64,000 nucleotides of DNA from positions 4,864,001-4,928,000 of the forward strand of contig CBDFJQ010000002.1 of the NCBI GenBank assembly GCA_965248575.1. The letters are read 5' to 3'. The notes under the pieces were generated by a model. That model searched no databases. It had not been told where the DNA came from and saw only the letters and a list, made by a program, of their open reading frames with translations. The DNA is from Planctomycetota bacterium. Its GTDB lineage: Bacteria > Planctomycetota > B15-G4. This document shows positions 46,340 through 55,748 of the stretch, one piece after another. Within the stretch, counting starts at the first letter, position 1. Each line of letters opens with the position of its first letter. Both the position numbers and the translations under genes were made by a program.

Positions 46340-48025
46340 ATGCTGACTGAAAGCAGCGCCATCCTTGTCTTGGCGATCATCATGGTGGGCGGCCTGCTGG
46401 CGGGTCGCCTCGCGAAGATGGTCCGCTTGGCGGGGGTGACAGGGCAGATTCTGCTGGGTGTGCTCATCGGGCACTCCGGCCTGGACCTCTTCGCTGCTGA
46501 GCGCGTCGAAGCGCTGACGCCGGTGACGCACCTGGCTCTGGGATTGATCGCCGTTGTGGTGGGCTCACACCTCCACATCCGCAAGCTGGCGGGTGCTCGC
46601 CTACGCCTCGGCCTCTTGCTGCTGGGCGAAGTCACACTGACCCCCTTGATCGTCTATGTGGCGGTGGTTCACCTGGCGGGCGCCGAGTGGCGGATGGGCA
46701 TCCTGCTCGCAGCCTTGGCTGTTTCCACCGCGCCCGCGACCATCGTGGCGTTGGTGGCCGAGACCCGCTCGCGAGGTGTCTTCACCAAGACGCTGATAGG
46801 GGCCGTGGCCCTCAACAACATCGCGTGCATCCTGTTGTTCGAGGTGGCTCACATGGCCGCGAGGATCGGGCTCGAGGATGGGCACGATGCGACGGCCTGG
46901 GAGTACGTGGTCGCACCGCTGAGGCAGCTGGCGTTCGCCGCCTTCTTGGGCGGTGGCTTGGGCTCCGCGCTGGTCTTGCTCACGCGGCACGTGATCCGCT
47001 CGGATCAGCTCGCCACCTTCTCCTTGGTGTGCGTGATGCTCGTCGCGGGGCTGGCCGACAGCCTGGGCCTCTCGTCTCTTCTGTCGTGCCTCTTCTTGGG
47101 GCTGACCCTCGCCAACCTGACACCGGACAAGGACGAAATCGTCGAGTCGGCCTTCGTCGGGTTGCGCCAGGCGATCTTCGGGGTGTTCTTCACCTTGGCA
47201 GGTATGCACCTCGACGTACCGGCGCTCGTGGCCAGCGGCGGCCTGGTGGCGATCGTCTTCCTGGCTCGCGCGCTTGGAAAGATCATGGCAGCACGGCTCA
47301 TGCTCAAGGCTGCCGGGGCGACCAGCAAGGTTCAGAAGTACCTCGGCATGGCGCTCGTGCCCCAGGCGGGTGTGGCCGTGGGCCTGCTGCTGCTGGTGAG
47401 GGACGATCCGGTGATGGCTCCCGTCGCTTCCAATTTGTTGGCCGTGGGTCTTGCGGTGGTCACGCTCAGTGAAGTGATCGGCCCTTTCCTGGTGCGCCAC
47501 GCCATTGTGGGTTCCGGCGAGGCAGAGCAGGACAGGGATCGCATCCTCGAGTTCCTGCACGAAGAGAACATCGTGGTGGGGCTCAAGGCGGACTCCAAGG
47601 AACACGCCATCGAACAACTGGTGGAAGTGTTGATCCAGACCAACCACCTGAGGGCCGACCGGGACGAGCTGCTGACGTCCGTGCTGGATCGCGAAGCGCA
47701 GTCCTCGACCTGTTTCGGCGAGGGCTTGGCGGTTCCGCACGGCATCCTGCCCACGGGCCCACGTATCGTGGGGGCCATGGGTATTTCCAAGCAGGGTTGG
47801 GACTTCCCCTCACCCGATGGCCGTCCCGTGCACTGCATGGTGGTCTTGGCGACGCCCGAGTCCTGGCGAGATCGCCATCTCCAGGTCTTGGCCGCACTTG
47901 CCAAGGCCTTGGGCACGGACCCCGGCCGGCAACGTCAGTTGTATGCCGCAGCCTCCCCGGCGCATGCCTGGGAGATCCTGCACGCGGACGATGCGCAGGA
48001 GTTCAACTACTTCATCGACGACTGA
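46340..48025 (+). CDS. Cation:proton antiporter (Na_H_Exchanger/CPA2-like) fused to a PTS EIIA (Ntr/Fru-type) domain
   Basis: About 12 TMs with STAPA, FFTLAG and PQAGVAVGL; C-terminal DRE..SST..G.GLAVPHG and PDG.PVH motifs. Confidence 0.88.
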   Translation: MLTESSAILVLAIIMVGGLLAGRLAKMVRLAGVTGQILLGVLIGHSGLDLFAAERVEALTPVTHLALGLIAVVVGSHLHIRKLAGARLRLGLLLLGEVTLTPLIVYVAVVHLAGAEWRMGILLAALAVSTAPATIVALVAETRSRGVFTKTLIGAVALNNIACILLFEVAHMAARIGLEDGHDATAWEYVVAPLRQLAFAAFLGGGLGSALVLLTRHVIRSDQLATFSLVCVMLVAGLADSLGLSSLLSCLFLGLTLANLTPDKDEIVESAFVGLRQAIFGVFFTLAGMHLDVPALVASGGLVAIVFLARALGKIMAARLMLKAAGATSKVQKYLGMALVPQAGVAVGLLLLVRDDPVMAPVASNLLAVGLAVVTLSEVIGPFLVRHAIVGSGEAEQDRDRILEFLHEENIVVGLKADSKEHAIEQLVEVLIQTNHLRADRDELLTSVLDREAQSSTCFGEGLAVPHGILPTGPRIVGAMGISKQGWDFPSPDGRPVHCMVVLATPESWRDRHLQVLAALAKALGTDPGRQRQLYAAASPAHAWEILHADDAQEFNYFIDD

Positions 48026-48034
48026 ACGGGACGC

Positions 48035-50980
48035 TCAGTCCACTTCCACAACGCTGAGTGAGCGGTTGCCAAGAGTGATGGTCTTGCCGGAGACGGTCCG
48101 CCAGCGGGCTTCGACCACATCCGAGGCGCCAACCGACGTGACGTAGGCGTGGGTGGCTGCTGAGCCGAACCCGCTTTCAGGCAATGCGACGATCTGCTCG
48201 CTGCCTGTCACCTGGCTGCCGGCGACATAGAGGCTGACAATGACGTGGTCGTCGTTGCCCGCTCCCGTGTCTGCGTCGAAACGCGCGGTGAGATAGATCA
48301 CGTAGTTGCCAGCGCCCGGCGTCAGGCTCGTGCTCGTCATGGCCACATCGGTGGTCGAACTCGTCGTCGCGGTCGCCGTGACGGTCACGATGCTTGCCGA
48401 GGGTAGGGGACCAGCAGGTCCGGTTGCGCCGGTAGGGCCTGTCGGTCCCGTGGCACCATTGAGACCCGCTGCACCATCCGCACCAGCGGCACCCGTGGGG
48501 CCAGCAGCACCCGTGGGGCCAGCCGGGCCGGTCGCTCCGTCGGCGCCGTTCAGACCAGCGGCGCCATCAGCACCAGCGGCACCCGTGGGGCCGGCAGGAC
48601 CAATCGCACCGTCGGCACCATTGAGACCCGCCGCACCATCCGCACCAGCGGCACCCGTGGGGCCAGCAGCACCCGTGGGGCCGGATGCACCGTCGGCACC
48701 ATTGAGACCAGCGGCGCCATCAGCACCAGCGGAACCCGTAGGGCCGGCGGGGCCAGTCGCTCCGTCGGCGCCGTTCAGACCAGCGGCGCCATCAGCACCA
48801 GCGGCACCCGTGGGGCCGGCAGGACCAATCGCACCGTCGGCACCATTGAGACCCGCCGCACCATCCGCACCAGCGGCACCCGTGGGGCCAGCAGCACCCG
48901 TGGGGCCGGATGCACCGTCGGCACCATTGAGACCAGCGGCGCCATCAGCACCAGCGGAACCCGTAGGGCCGGCGGGGCCAGTCGCTCCGTCGGCGCCGTT
49001 CAGACCAGCGGCGCCATCAGCACCAGCGGCACCCGTGGGGCCGGCCGGACCGGTTGCACCGTCGGCACCATTGAGACCCGCTGCACCATCCGCACCAGCG
49101 GAACCCGTAGGGCCGGCGGGGCCAGTCGCTCCGTCGGCGCCGTTCAGACCAGCGGCGCCATCAGCACCAGCGGCACCCGTGGGGCCGGCCGGACCGGTTG
49201 CACCGTCGGCGCCGTTCAGACCAGCGGCGCCATCGGCACCAGCGGCACCAGCGGCACCCGTGGGGCCGGCCGGGCCGGTTGCACCGTCGGCACCATTGAG
49301 ACCCGCTGCACCATCCGCACCTGCGGTGCCCGTGGGGCCAGCAGGACCAATCGCACCGTCGGCACCATTGAGACCAGCGGCGCCATCAGCACCTGCGGAA
49401 CCCGTGGGGCCGGCAGGACCGATCGCTCCGTCGGCGCCGTTCAGGCCAGCGGCGCCATCGGCACCATCGGCACCCGTGGGGCCGGCCGGACCGGTTGCAC
49501 CGTCGGCACCATTGAGACCCGCTGCACCATCCGCACCAGCGGCACCCGTGGGGCCAGCAGGACCAATCGCACCGTCGGCACCATTGAGACCAGCGGCGCC
49601 ATCAGCACCTGCGGAACCCGTGGGGCCGGCAGGACCGATCGATCCGTCGGCGCCGTTCAGGCCAGCGGCGCCATCGGCACCATCGGCACCAGCGGCACCC
49701 GTGGGGCCGGCCGGACCGGTTGCACCGTCGGCACCATTGAGACCCGCTGCACCATCGGCACCAGCGGCACCCGTGGGGCCAGCAGGACCAATCGCACCGT
49801 CGGCACCATTGAGACCAGCGGCGCCATCAGCACCAGCGGCACCCGTGGGGCCGGCAGGGCCGGCTGCACCGTCGGCACCATTGAGACCAGCGGCACCATC
49901 AGCGCCGGCAGGACCCGTGGGACCGACCGCGCCGTCGGCACCGTTCGGGCCAGCGGCGCCATCAGCACCGGCGAGACCCGTAGGACCCGTGGGGCCTGCA
50001 GCTCCGTCGAGGCCATCGGCTCCAGCGAGACCTGTCGGACCTGTCGGCCCTGTCGGCCCGGCGGGGCCCGCGGGACCAGCGATGGACGCTGTGGACTGGA
50101 ACGATCCATCGGAGAATTGGACGAAATTCGTCTTCACCAGCGGGGCTTCCGTCACCCCGTTCACGGTCAGGGGGCCATTGACGGTGAGGCGACCCGTGCC
50201 CAGGACGACATCACCTCCAAGGGTGGAGATGTCGGAGCCCGTGAGCGACCCGTCCGCGATGTCGGCACTGTCCACCTCACCGGCGTTGTCGTTCACGTAG
50301 CGGTCGTCGAAATCGATGGTGACGTTGAGCAACCCGTTCAGGATGTCGCCACCGTTGGCGAGGCTTCCTGTGCCGGATGTCTGCGCATCGGAGGGGTCTG
50401 CGCCATCCCAGCTCATGCCGCCGCCGGGGGAGCCTCCGTCGCTTCCCAGGCCGGAGCTTGTCGTTGGGGTGTCATCCGGCGTAGCAGAGTCTCGTTCGAA
50501 CAGTCCGCCGCCGCGAGACCAGAACACGATGTCCGTGTTGACGTTGTGAAGCAGGAGCTCTTTGGCGCCCGTGGCGTTGAGATCCAGGCGCTCAGCGGAG
50601 AGTCCCTTCCCAGTGTCACCCAACCCAAGGGCTTCCGTGGCGTCGGCGAAGCCGCCCATGCCATCACCGATCAAGGCCACATTGGCCGTCGCCGACACCA
50701 GATAGAGGTCGGCCAGCCCGTCTTCGTTGAGATCCGTGACCAGCACGTCTGCAACGAGAACCTTGGGGAGCTCCTGCAGGACCGCCTCAAAGAGCTCGTA
50801 CCCGTGGTTCACCGACACGGTCAGCGAACCATCCGAGGCCATGGAGAACTTGTCCGCCAGACCGTCGCCGGTCACGTCGAAATATCGTGCCGAAGGCGCG
50901 GATGCGACGTCGGGGTTCTGGGCTGCGATTCCCGGCGCAGCCAGGAGAATGACACAGAAACTCACTACGGACGCACGCAC
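48035..50980 (-). CDS. Secreted collagen-like protein: FG-GAP/VCBS N-terminal domain, long Gly-X-Y stalk, beta-rich C-terminal head
   Basis: Signal peptide; DVTGDGLAD and DLNEDGLADL repeats; continuous G-X-Y. GTG start at 50980 lies 7 nt after GGAGG. Confidence 0.9.
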   Translation of the reverse strand: MRASVVSFCVILLAAPGIAAQNPDVASAPSARYFDVTGDGLADKFSMASDGSLTVSVNHGYELFEAVLQELPKVLVADVLVTDLNEDGLADLYLVSATANVALIGDGMGGFADATEALGLGDTGKGLSAERLDLNATGAKELLLHNVNTDIVFWSRGGGLFERDSATPDDTPTTSSGLGSDGGSPGGGMSWDGADPSDAQTSGTGSLANGGDILNGLLNVTIDFDDRYVNDNAGEVDSADIADGSLTGSDISTLGGDVVLGTGRLTVNGPLTVNGVTEAPLVKTNFVQFSDGSFQSTASIAGPAGPAGPTGPTGPTGLAGADGLDGAAGPTGPTGLAGADGAAGPNGADGAVGPTGPAGADGAAGLNGADGAAGPAGPTGAAGADGAAGLNGADGAIGPAGPTGAAGADGAAGLNGADGATGPAGPTGAAGADGADGAAGLNGADGSIGPAGPTGSAGADGAAGLNGADGAIGPAGPTGAAGADGAAGLNGADGATGPAGPTGADGADGAAGLNGADGAIGPAGPTGSAGADGAAGLNGADGAIGPAGPTGTAGADGAAGLNGADGATGPAGPTGAAGAAGADGAAGLNGADGATGPAGPTGAAGADGAAGLNGADGATGPAGPTGSAGADGAAGLNGADGATGPAGPTGAAGADGAAGLNGADGATGPAGPTGSAGADGAAGLNGADGASGPTGAAGPTGAAGADGAAGLNGADGAIGPAGPTGAAGADGAAGLNGADGATGPAGPTGSAGADGAAGLNGADGASGPTGAAGPTGAAGADGAAGLNGADGAIGPAGPTGAAGADGAAGLNGADGATGPAGPTGAAGPTGAAGADGAAGLNGATGPTGPTGATGPAGPLPSASIVTVTATATTSSTTDVAMTSTSLTPGAGNYVIYLTARFDADTGAGNDDHVIVSLYVAGSQVTGSEQIVALPESGFGSAATHAYVTSVGASDVVEARWRTVSGKTITLGNRSLSVVEVD
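48404..50077 (-). repeat. Coding tandem repeat: 186 Gly-X-Y triplets, mostly 72-bp (24-aa) units, with a 225-bp higher-order duplication
   Basis: Unit GADGAAGLNGADGA[T/I]GPAGPTG[A/S]A; matching blocks start at 48531, 48756 and 48981. Confidence 0.95.
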
Positions 50981-51155
50981 AGACAATCCTCCAAGCCCGG
51001 AACTCCTGCCCACTTACGCCCGAGGGAACATTAATGCACGATTGCCCATATGTCCACATTGAGGGCCTTTCTTCGCTCGAAACTGAGCTGGCGGCTTCTG
51101 GGGCGGTTGCGGCGAATGAGCGTAGAGAGAGGCGCCAGAACTCGGCGCGCTCGGC

Positions 51156-51869
51156 TCAGCAACGTCGGGCCATGACCATGGCGGTGCCGTTGGCGGCGAC
51201 CCCAGTGCGCTGTGCTTCTTCCAACCATGCGCGGGCCTCGAGTTGCGCTTGATGGTCCGGGGGAAGGTCTTGCACGGCGTCCGCGACGTCCGCAGCCACC
51301 TCGTCCACGGGCACGTACAGCGGACGGCTCAGGGACTCGATGGAGATCTCGAAACATCCCGACTGCTTCAACCAGTCGGCGAGCTGTTGTGCGGGAATGT
51401 CCGGGGCGTGCACTCGGCCTCGACGTCGGTGGTGGCTCTTGCACCAGTCGTCGAGGGCATGAGCCGTCGCGTGTGCCGGATCGTCCTGCGGATGCCAAGG
51501 CTCTGCGACGAGGACGCCTTTGCGGGCAACGCGCACCAGCTCTCGCAGCCCCTGCCGTGGGTCGGCGAGGTGGTGGGGGACGTGGCGCATGACGGCCCAG
51601 TCGAAGGCTCTGTCAAGGATAGGCAGCCATTCGGCGCGGCCCCGTAGAACGGCGGGCTGATGGCTGCCCGGAGGTCGTGCGCCCGCGAGCAGGGCGCTGG
51701 GCTCCAGGCCCACGGCCCAGACTCCGGCCGCGTGACACGCCTGGAGCAGCTCGCCCTTTCCGCAACCGACATCGAGCAAGCTGTCAGGGGAAGCAGCCAA
51801 CAGTCGGTCGGTGAAGGCGTTCCTGAGGAACGCGGCGTTCTTTCCGTGGGCAATGGTCGGGTGAGGCAT
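51156..51869 (-). CDS. Class I SAM-dependent methyltransferase
   Basis: LLDVGCGKG, GRAEWLP....FD, HVPHHLADP..GLRELVRV. Confidence 0.88.
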   Translation of the reverse strand: MPHPTIAHGKNAAFLRNAFTDRLLAASPDSLLDVGCGKGELLQACHAAGVWAVGLEPSALLAGARPPGSHQPAVLRGRAEWLPILDRAFDWAVMRHVPHHLADPRQGLRELVRVARKGVLVAEPWHPQDDPAHATAHALDDWCKSHHRRRGRVHAPDIPAQQLADWLKQSGCFEISIESLSRPLYVPVDEVAADVADAVQDLPPDHQAQLEARAWLEEAQRTGVAANGTAMVMARRC

Positions 51870-51959
51870 TGTTCGAGATCCTAGCGACTGGCTCGCGCGC
51901 ACCCTGCGTGAAGCCTCTTTGGTGCTCGCCGCCCGACCTGTCGTAAGATCCGCGGGACC

Positions 51960-53243
51960 ATGATCCTCCGGTTCTGCCTCTACTCGATCCTCAAGAACCT
52001 GCGCTTCGCCGATCCTTTCCTGGTGCTCTACCTCGTGCACCGGGAGTTGAGCCTGGCCGAAGTGGGCCTGCTGATGGGGCTGTCGAAGTTGGTGTCGGCA
52101 ACGCTGGAGTTGCCGCTGGGTGTCGTGGCCGACGGCTTCGGACGCCGTCGCTCCTTGGCCGCGTGTTTCGCCTGCTATTCCGCTGCATTCGTGCTCTACC
52201 CACTGAGTGCGCAGCAGGTCGGGGGAGGGGGCATGAGCCTGCTCTCTGCGGCGGCCGTCTTGTATGGACTGGGAGAGGCTCTGCGCAGCGGGAGCCACAA
52301 GGCCATCATCCTGGATTGGCTCGACACGCGGGGCGAATCAGCCCGGGCCACGGAGGTGATTGGCCTGGCGCGCTCGTTCTCCAAGTTCAGCCGTGGCGGA
52401 TCTGCTTTGGTCGGCGGTTTGATCCTGGTCTGGTTTCAGTCCTGGAGCCTGTTGTTCTGGATGTCGGCAGCGACAGCGCTCGGCGGCTTCGTGCTCATGC
52501 TCAGCTATCCACGTGATCTTGAGGGTGAGCAGACGCGCGACCGACGTGGCGGTTCCAGCGGGCGTGTTCCGTGGCGGCAACGCTTGCGCGACCTGGCGGG
52601 CGCGCCAGGCACGGCACGGCTCGTGGCCCAGTCGGTGCTCTTCGACGGGCAGCTGATGCTGTTGTTCAAGGTGCACGTGCAGGTGTTCCTGGCCGCGGGC
52701 CTGGCGGGGCTCGGCGTCCCGGTGCAACTGGCGAGCGGCGCCTTGGCGGGAGGCAGCGGCCCGGCTTGGATGGGTGCGAGTGAGTGCCTGCGCGACTCCC
52801 TGGGCGGGATCGCTGCACGCTTAAGCGGCCCTCTCGAGCGGCGCATGGGCGGTGCTCACCAGGCCTTGGATCGTGTGTTCTTGTTAGCCGTGCTCGGGTG
52901 CCTGGTGCTGGCTGTGTCCGCCTACTTCTCCGAGAGCCTGTTCCTGGTCGGCCTCGCGGTGCTCTTTGCCCTGACCATCTTGTTCGACGCTCGGAAGCCC
53001 ATCTTCGTCAGCGCCTTGAACCGCCGCATGGACAAGGCGCAAAGGGCCACGACCCTCTCCCTGCATAGCCAGTTCGTGTCCATGGGCGGCGCGCTGCTGC
53101 TGCCGCTTACGGGTTGGGTCGCGGACACCTGGGGGCTCGCCGCCGTCTTCGCGAGCCTCGCACTCTTGATGCTGCCCGGCTTGTTGTTGCGGGTGGCCGC
53201 GCTGGACGATGGGCCGACCGGCGACGCCGCCCCCGATTCCTGA
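51960..53243 (+). CDS. MFS transporter
   Basis: LELPLGVVADGFGRRRSL motif A; about 12 TMs. Confidence 0.9.
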   Translation: MILRFCLYSILKNLRFADPFLVLYLVHRELSLAEVGLLMGLSKLVSATLELPLGVVADGFGRRRSLAACFACYSAAFVLYPLSAQQVGGGGMSLLSAAAVLYGLGEALRSGSHKAIILDWLDTRGESARATEVIGLARSFSKFSRGGSALVGGLILVWFQSWSLLFWMSAATALGGFVLMLSYPRDLEGEQTRDRRGGSSGRVPWRQRLRDLAGAPGTARLVAQSVLFDGQLMLLFKVHVQVFLAAGLAGLGVPVQLASGALAGGSGPAWMGASECLRDSLGGIAARLSGPLERRMGGAHQALDRVFLLAVLGCLVLAVSAYFSESLFLVGLAVLFALTILFDARKPIFVSALNRRMDKAQRATTLSLHSQFVSMGGALLLPLTGWVADTWGLAAVFASLALLMLPGLLLRVAALDDGPTGDAAPDS

Positions 53244-53341
53244 GGACTCCTTCATGAGCACTGTTGCCCATGCCGATCGGCGCGCGGGCGTCGTAGACTG
53301 AGGGGGCTACGCTGCTGTCACTCCAACCTGTCGAGCTGCTC

Positions 53342-53641
53342 ATGCCCTCTTGGCTGCGTCGTTTTCTCGAGAGCTTGCCCGAGACCGACATCCGGCCGTC
53401 CCGCGTGGGAGACTCCGAGAGCTTGGCGGGGTTCCGGGCCGGAAAGGAGTACGTGCACCTGCATGCCGCCCAGATCCTCGACCTCCGTCTGCCTCGTCGC
53501 TTCCAGAAGGACCTGGCACAGGACTCCCGGGCGACCTTCCGCCCGCATCGCTCTGACTGGATGGAGTACCACGTGACGAACCCTGGGGCCCGCGCACGGG
53601 CCAAGGAGCTGATCCGCCTCGCCCATGAGCACCGGCTCTGA
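53342..53641 (+). CDS. Small DUF5519/luciferase-like protein
   Basis: FR.GKEYVHLH...LDLRL...SDW.E pattern; its stop abuts the next ATG. Confidence 0.6.
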   Translation: MPSWLRRFLESLPETDIRPSRVGDSESLAGFRAGKEYVHLHAAQILDLRLPRRFQKDLAQDSRATFRPHRSDWMEYHVTNPGARARAKELIRLAHEHRL

Positions 53642-54127
53642 ATGGGCCGCCTGCTCCCCAATGCCATCATCATCAGTTTCCTGCTCTTGCAGATCGCAGC
53701 GGGTCTCAAGCTCACCTGTCCGCCCAAGAGCCTGCCCGCCCTGGAACCCCTGCGCATCGCGTGCGCGCCGGAGCTGTGGCCGTTCCTCGAATACAACATG
53801 TACAACGGCGCGCGGCAGCCCGGGGAGATGCATCACGCCTACGAACTGTTCATGGAGTTCGTGGACGGCAGCGAGGCCTTGCTGACCCATGAGCAGGCGC
53901 AGATCTCCTACTACGACCTGCGCGGCCGGGCCATCAAGGGGCTCATCGACGGGCACCTGGTGCGCACGACGGGCATGTTGGGAGAGTTCTTGGAGCAGAG
54001 GCCGGAGATCGTGGCCCTGAGGCTGGAGGCGGATCGGTACCGCATCGAAGACGATGGCACCCTGAGCCAGTTGCCGCGGATCACGGTGACGCGGCACCCG
54101 GTGTCCGGCGGGAAGGTGCGGCCATGA
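53642..54127 (+). CDS. Hypothetical membrane-anchored protein, partner of the HTTM gene
   Basis: N-terminal TM; LWPFLEYNMY motif; ATGA overlap with the next gene. Confidence 0.7.
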   Translation: MGRLLPNAIIISFLLLQIAAGLKLTCPPKSLPALEPLRIACAPELWPFLEYNMYNGARQPGEMHHAYELFMEFVDGSEALLTHEQAQISYYDLRGRAIKGLIDGHLVRTTGMLGEFLEQRPEIVALRLEADRYRIEDDGTLSQLPRITVTRHPVSGGKVRP

Positions 54128-55104
54128 GTGCAGCGACACCACGGGAAGGGTCGTCGGCGCGAGGGCCAGCTGCCTGGGCGCGCCTGTGGAACCGCTACTG
54201 GTTCCGGCCGGAGCCCGCGCTGAACCTCGCCATCACGCGCCTGCTGGTGGTGGCCCTGCATCAACTCGTGCTCATCGCGCCCTACAGCTTGATGACGGTG
54301 CCGCTCTATCCGGAGTTCGACCTGAGCTTGCGTCTTCCGGCGGAGCACTACCAGCCCGTGGCGCTCTTCCGCTTGCTGACCTTTCCCATGGGGCCAGGAT
54401 ATCGCCCGGCCTTGGAGCATCTGGAGTTCGCGCGCTGGGCGACCCTGGCGGTGGGCTTCACGGCCTTGCTCGGTTTGTGGACGCGCATCAGCCTGGCGCT
54501 CTACACGCTCGGCTTCTGCTTCATGATCAGCCACCGCTATTCCTACGGGGACTATCACCACCTGGAGACGATCCCGGTGCTGACCCTGGCGGTGCTGGCG
54601 TGCGTGCCCTGCGGCGCTGCGCTCTCGATGGATGCGCTCCGACGACGGCGCACACAACGATTGGCTTCGCTGCTCGAACGCACCGAGGCCGATGCGGGCT
54701 GGGCCGGTCGCTTGATCCTCTGGCTGCTGTCGCTCGTGTACCTCTCCGCAGGCCTGAGCAAGATTGGCGGCGGGGGCTGGGAGTGGATGAACGGTTTCAC
54801 GGTCCAGACGTCGGTGCTTCAGGCCGGTTGCTTCTGGGGCAATGAAGCGGGCATGGCCCTGGCGGAGCAGCACGGGCTGAGCCACGCCTTGACCTGGTTC
54901 ACGGTGGGCTTCGAGACCTTCTTCTTCCTCGTGCTGTTCCGACCGCGCTGGGCGCCGGCCTTCGCGCTGGTGGCGGCAAGCTTCCACGGCGGAAGCATGT
55001 ACACCATGAGCGTGCCCTTCGGCCTCTACCTGCCGTGCTTCGCGATCCTGATGCCGTGGACCGCTTGGATCCGTCGCTGGCGAGCTTTGCCGCCCCTCCC
55101 GTGA
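54124..55104 (+). CDS. HTTM-domain (VKGC/SdpB-like) membrane protein
   Basis: WNRYWF.P...NLAITRL, LLGLWTR, ALSMDA, VYLSAGLSK....W..G, FE..F..., FH. Confidence 0.75.
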   Translation: MSAATPREGSSARGPAAWARLWNRYWFRPEPALNLAITRLLVVALHQLVLIAPYSLMTVPLYPEFDLSLRLPAEHYQPVALFRLLTFPMGPGYRPALEHLEFARWATLAVGFTALLGLWTRISLALYTLGFCFMISHRYSYGDYHHLETIPVLTLAVLACVPCGAALSMDALRRRRTQRLASLLERTEADAGWAGRLILWLLSLVYLSAGLSKIGGGGWEWMNGFTVQTSVLQAGCFWGNEAGMALAEQHGLSHALTWFTVGFETFFFLVLFRPRWAPAFALVAASFHGGSMYTMSVPFGLYLPCFAILMPWTAWIRRWRALPPLP

Positions 55105-55297
55105 GGGCTGTTGGCTAGACCCGTGATCGATGGAGCTACCTCGGACGGCGCGACCTTCGGCGGAGGCTTCACGGTCTAAGGCAAAACCGTGCCGGTGAAA
55201 AAGCTGCCCTTCGACTTCGGGCCCTGAGCGAATCCCGAGGGTCCCGGTTCTCCAAGTAGGATGCTGGTCGAGCGATGTCTCCTCTGCGAGTGCGACC

Positions 55298-55711
55298 ATG
55301 AGAGCGATCTTCCATCTCTCCCTGCCGGTGGAGGACCTGGAGCAGGCCAGCGCCTTCTATGTCGGGACCCTCGGTGCCCGGATCGGTCGGCGCAAGGACT
55401 CGTGGTTGGACGTCCTCCTGTGGGGCCATCAGATCACGTTGCAAGAGCGGCCACAGGATGTGCTCCCACCGGAGCGACAGGGCAAGCGCCACTTCGGGGT
55501 CGTGTTGTCGTGGGATGACTGGGAAACGCTCGCCCAGCGTCTCGAGGCGCAGGGCTGCGCGTTCTACAGGGCGCCCCAGGTGCTGCACGCAGGCAGCCCC
55601 GATGAGCAAGCGAAGCTGTACCTCTCCGACCCAAGCCACAACGTCATCGAGGTGAAGGCCTATCGCGATGTTCGCGGTGTGTTGGGCCTCGACGAGATCG
55701 GGAAAGCGTGA
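55298..55711 (+). CDS. VOC/glyoxalase family protein
   Basis: FHLSLPVEDL..A..FY...LG, WGHQIT, RHFGVVL, DPSHNVIEVK. Confidence 0.9.
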   Translation: MRAIFHLSLPVEDLEQASAFYVGTLGARIGRRKDSWLDVLLWGHQITLQERPQDVLPPERQGKRHFGVVLSWDDWETLAQRLEAQGCAFYRAPQVLHAGSPDEQAKLYLSDPSHNVIEVKAYRDVRGVLGLDEIGKA

Positions 55712-55748
55712 AGGGCGGATGTTTGGGTCGGCCGGCTACAGTGTCTCC

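Noticed and set aside
48404..50077. Possible CRISPR array or non-coding satellite
   Set aside because: The repeats are in-frame G-X-Y codons with synonymous variation, no unique spacers, and no cas genes nearby.
48306..50300. 664-aa plus-strand PAAP-rich ORF
   Set aside because: Antisense shadow of the collagen gene; the minus frame has a signal peptide and terminal domains.
55160..55210. c-di-GMP-I riboswitch-like GGTCTAAG...GCTGCC
   Set aside because: No upstream GGCAAA/GAAA-tetraloop stem or CGCAAA junction in the required order.
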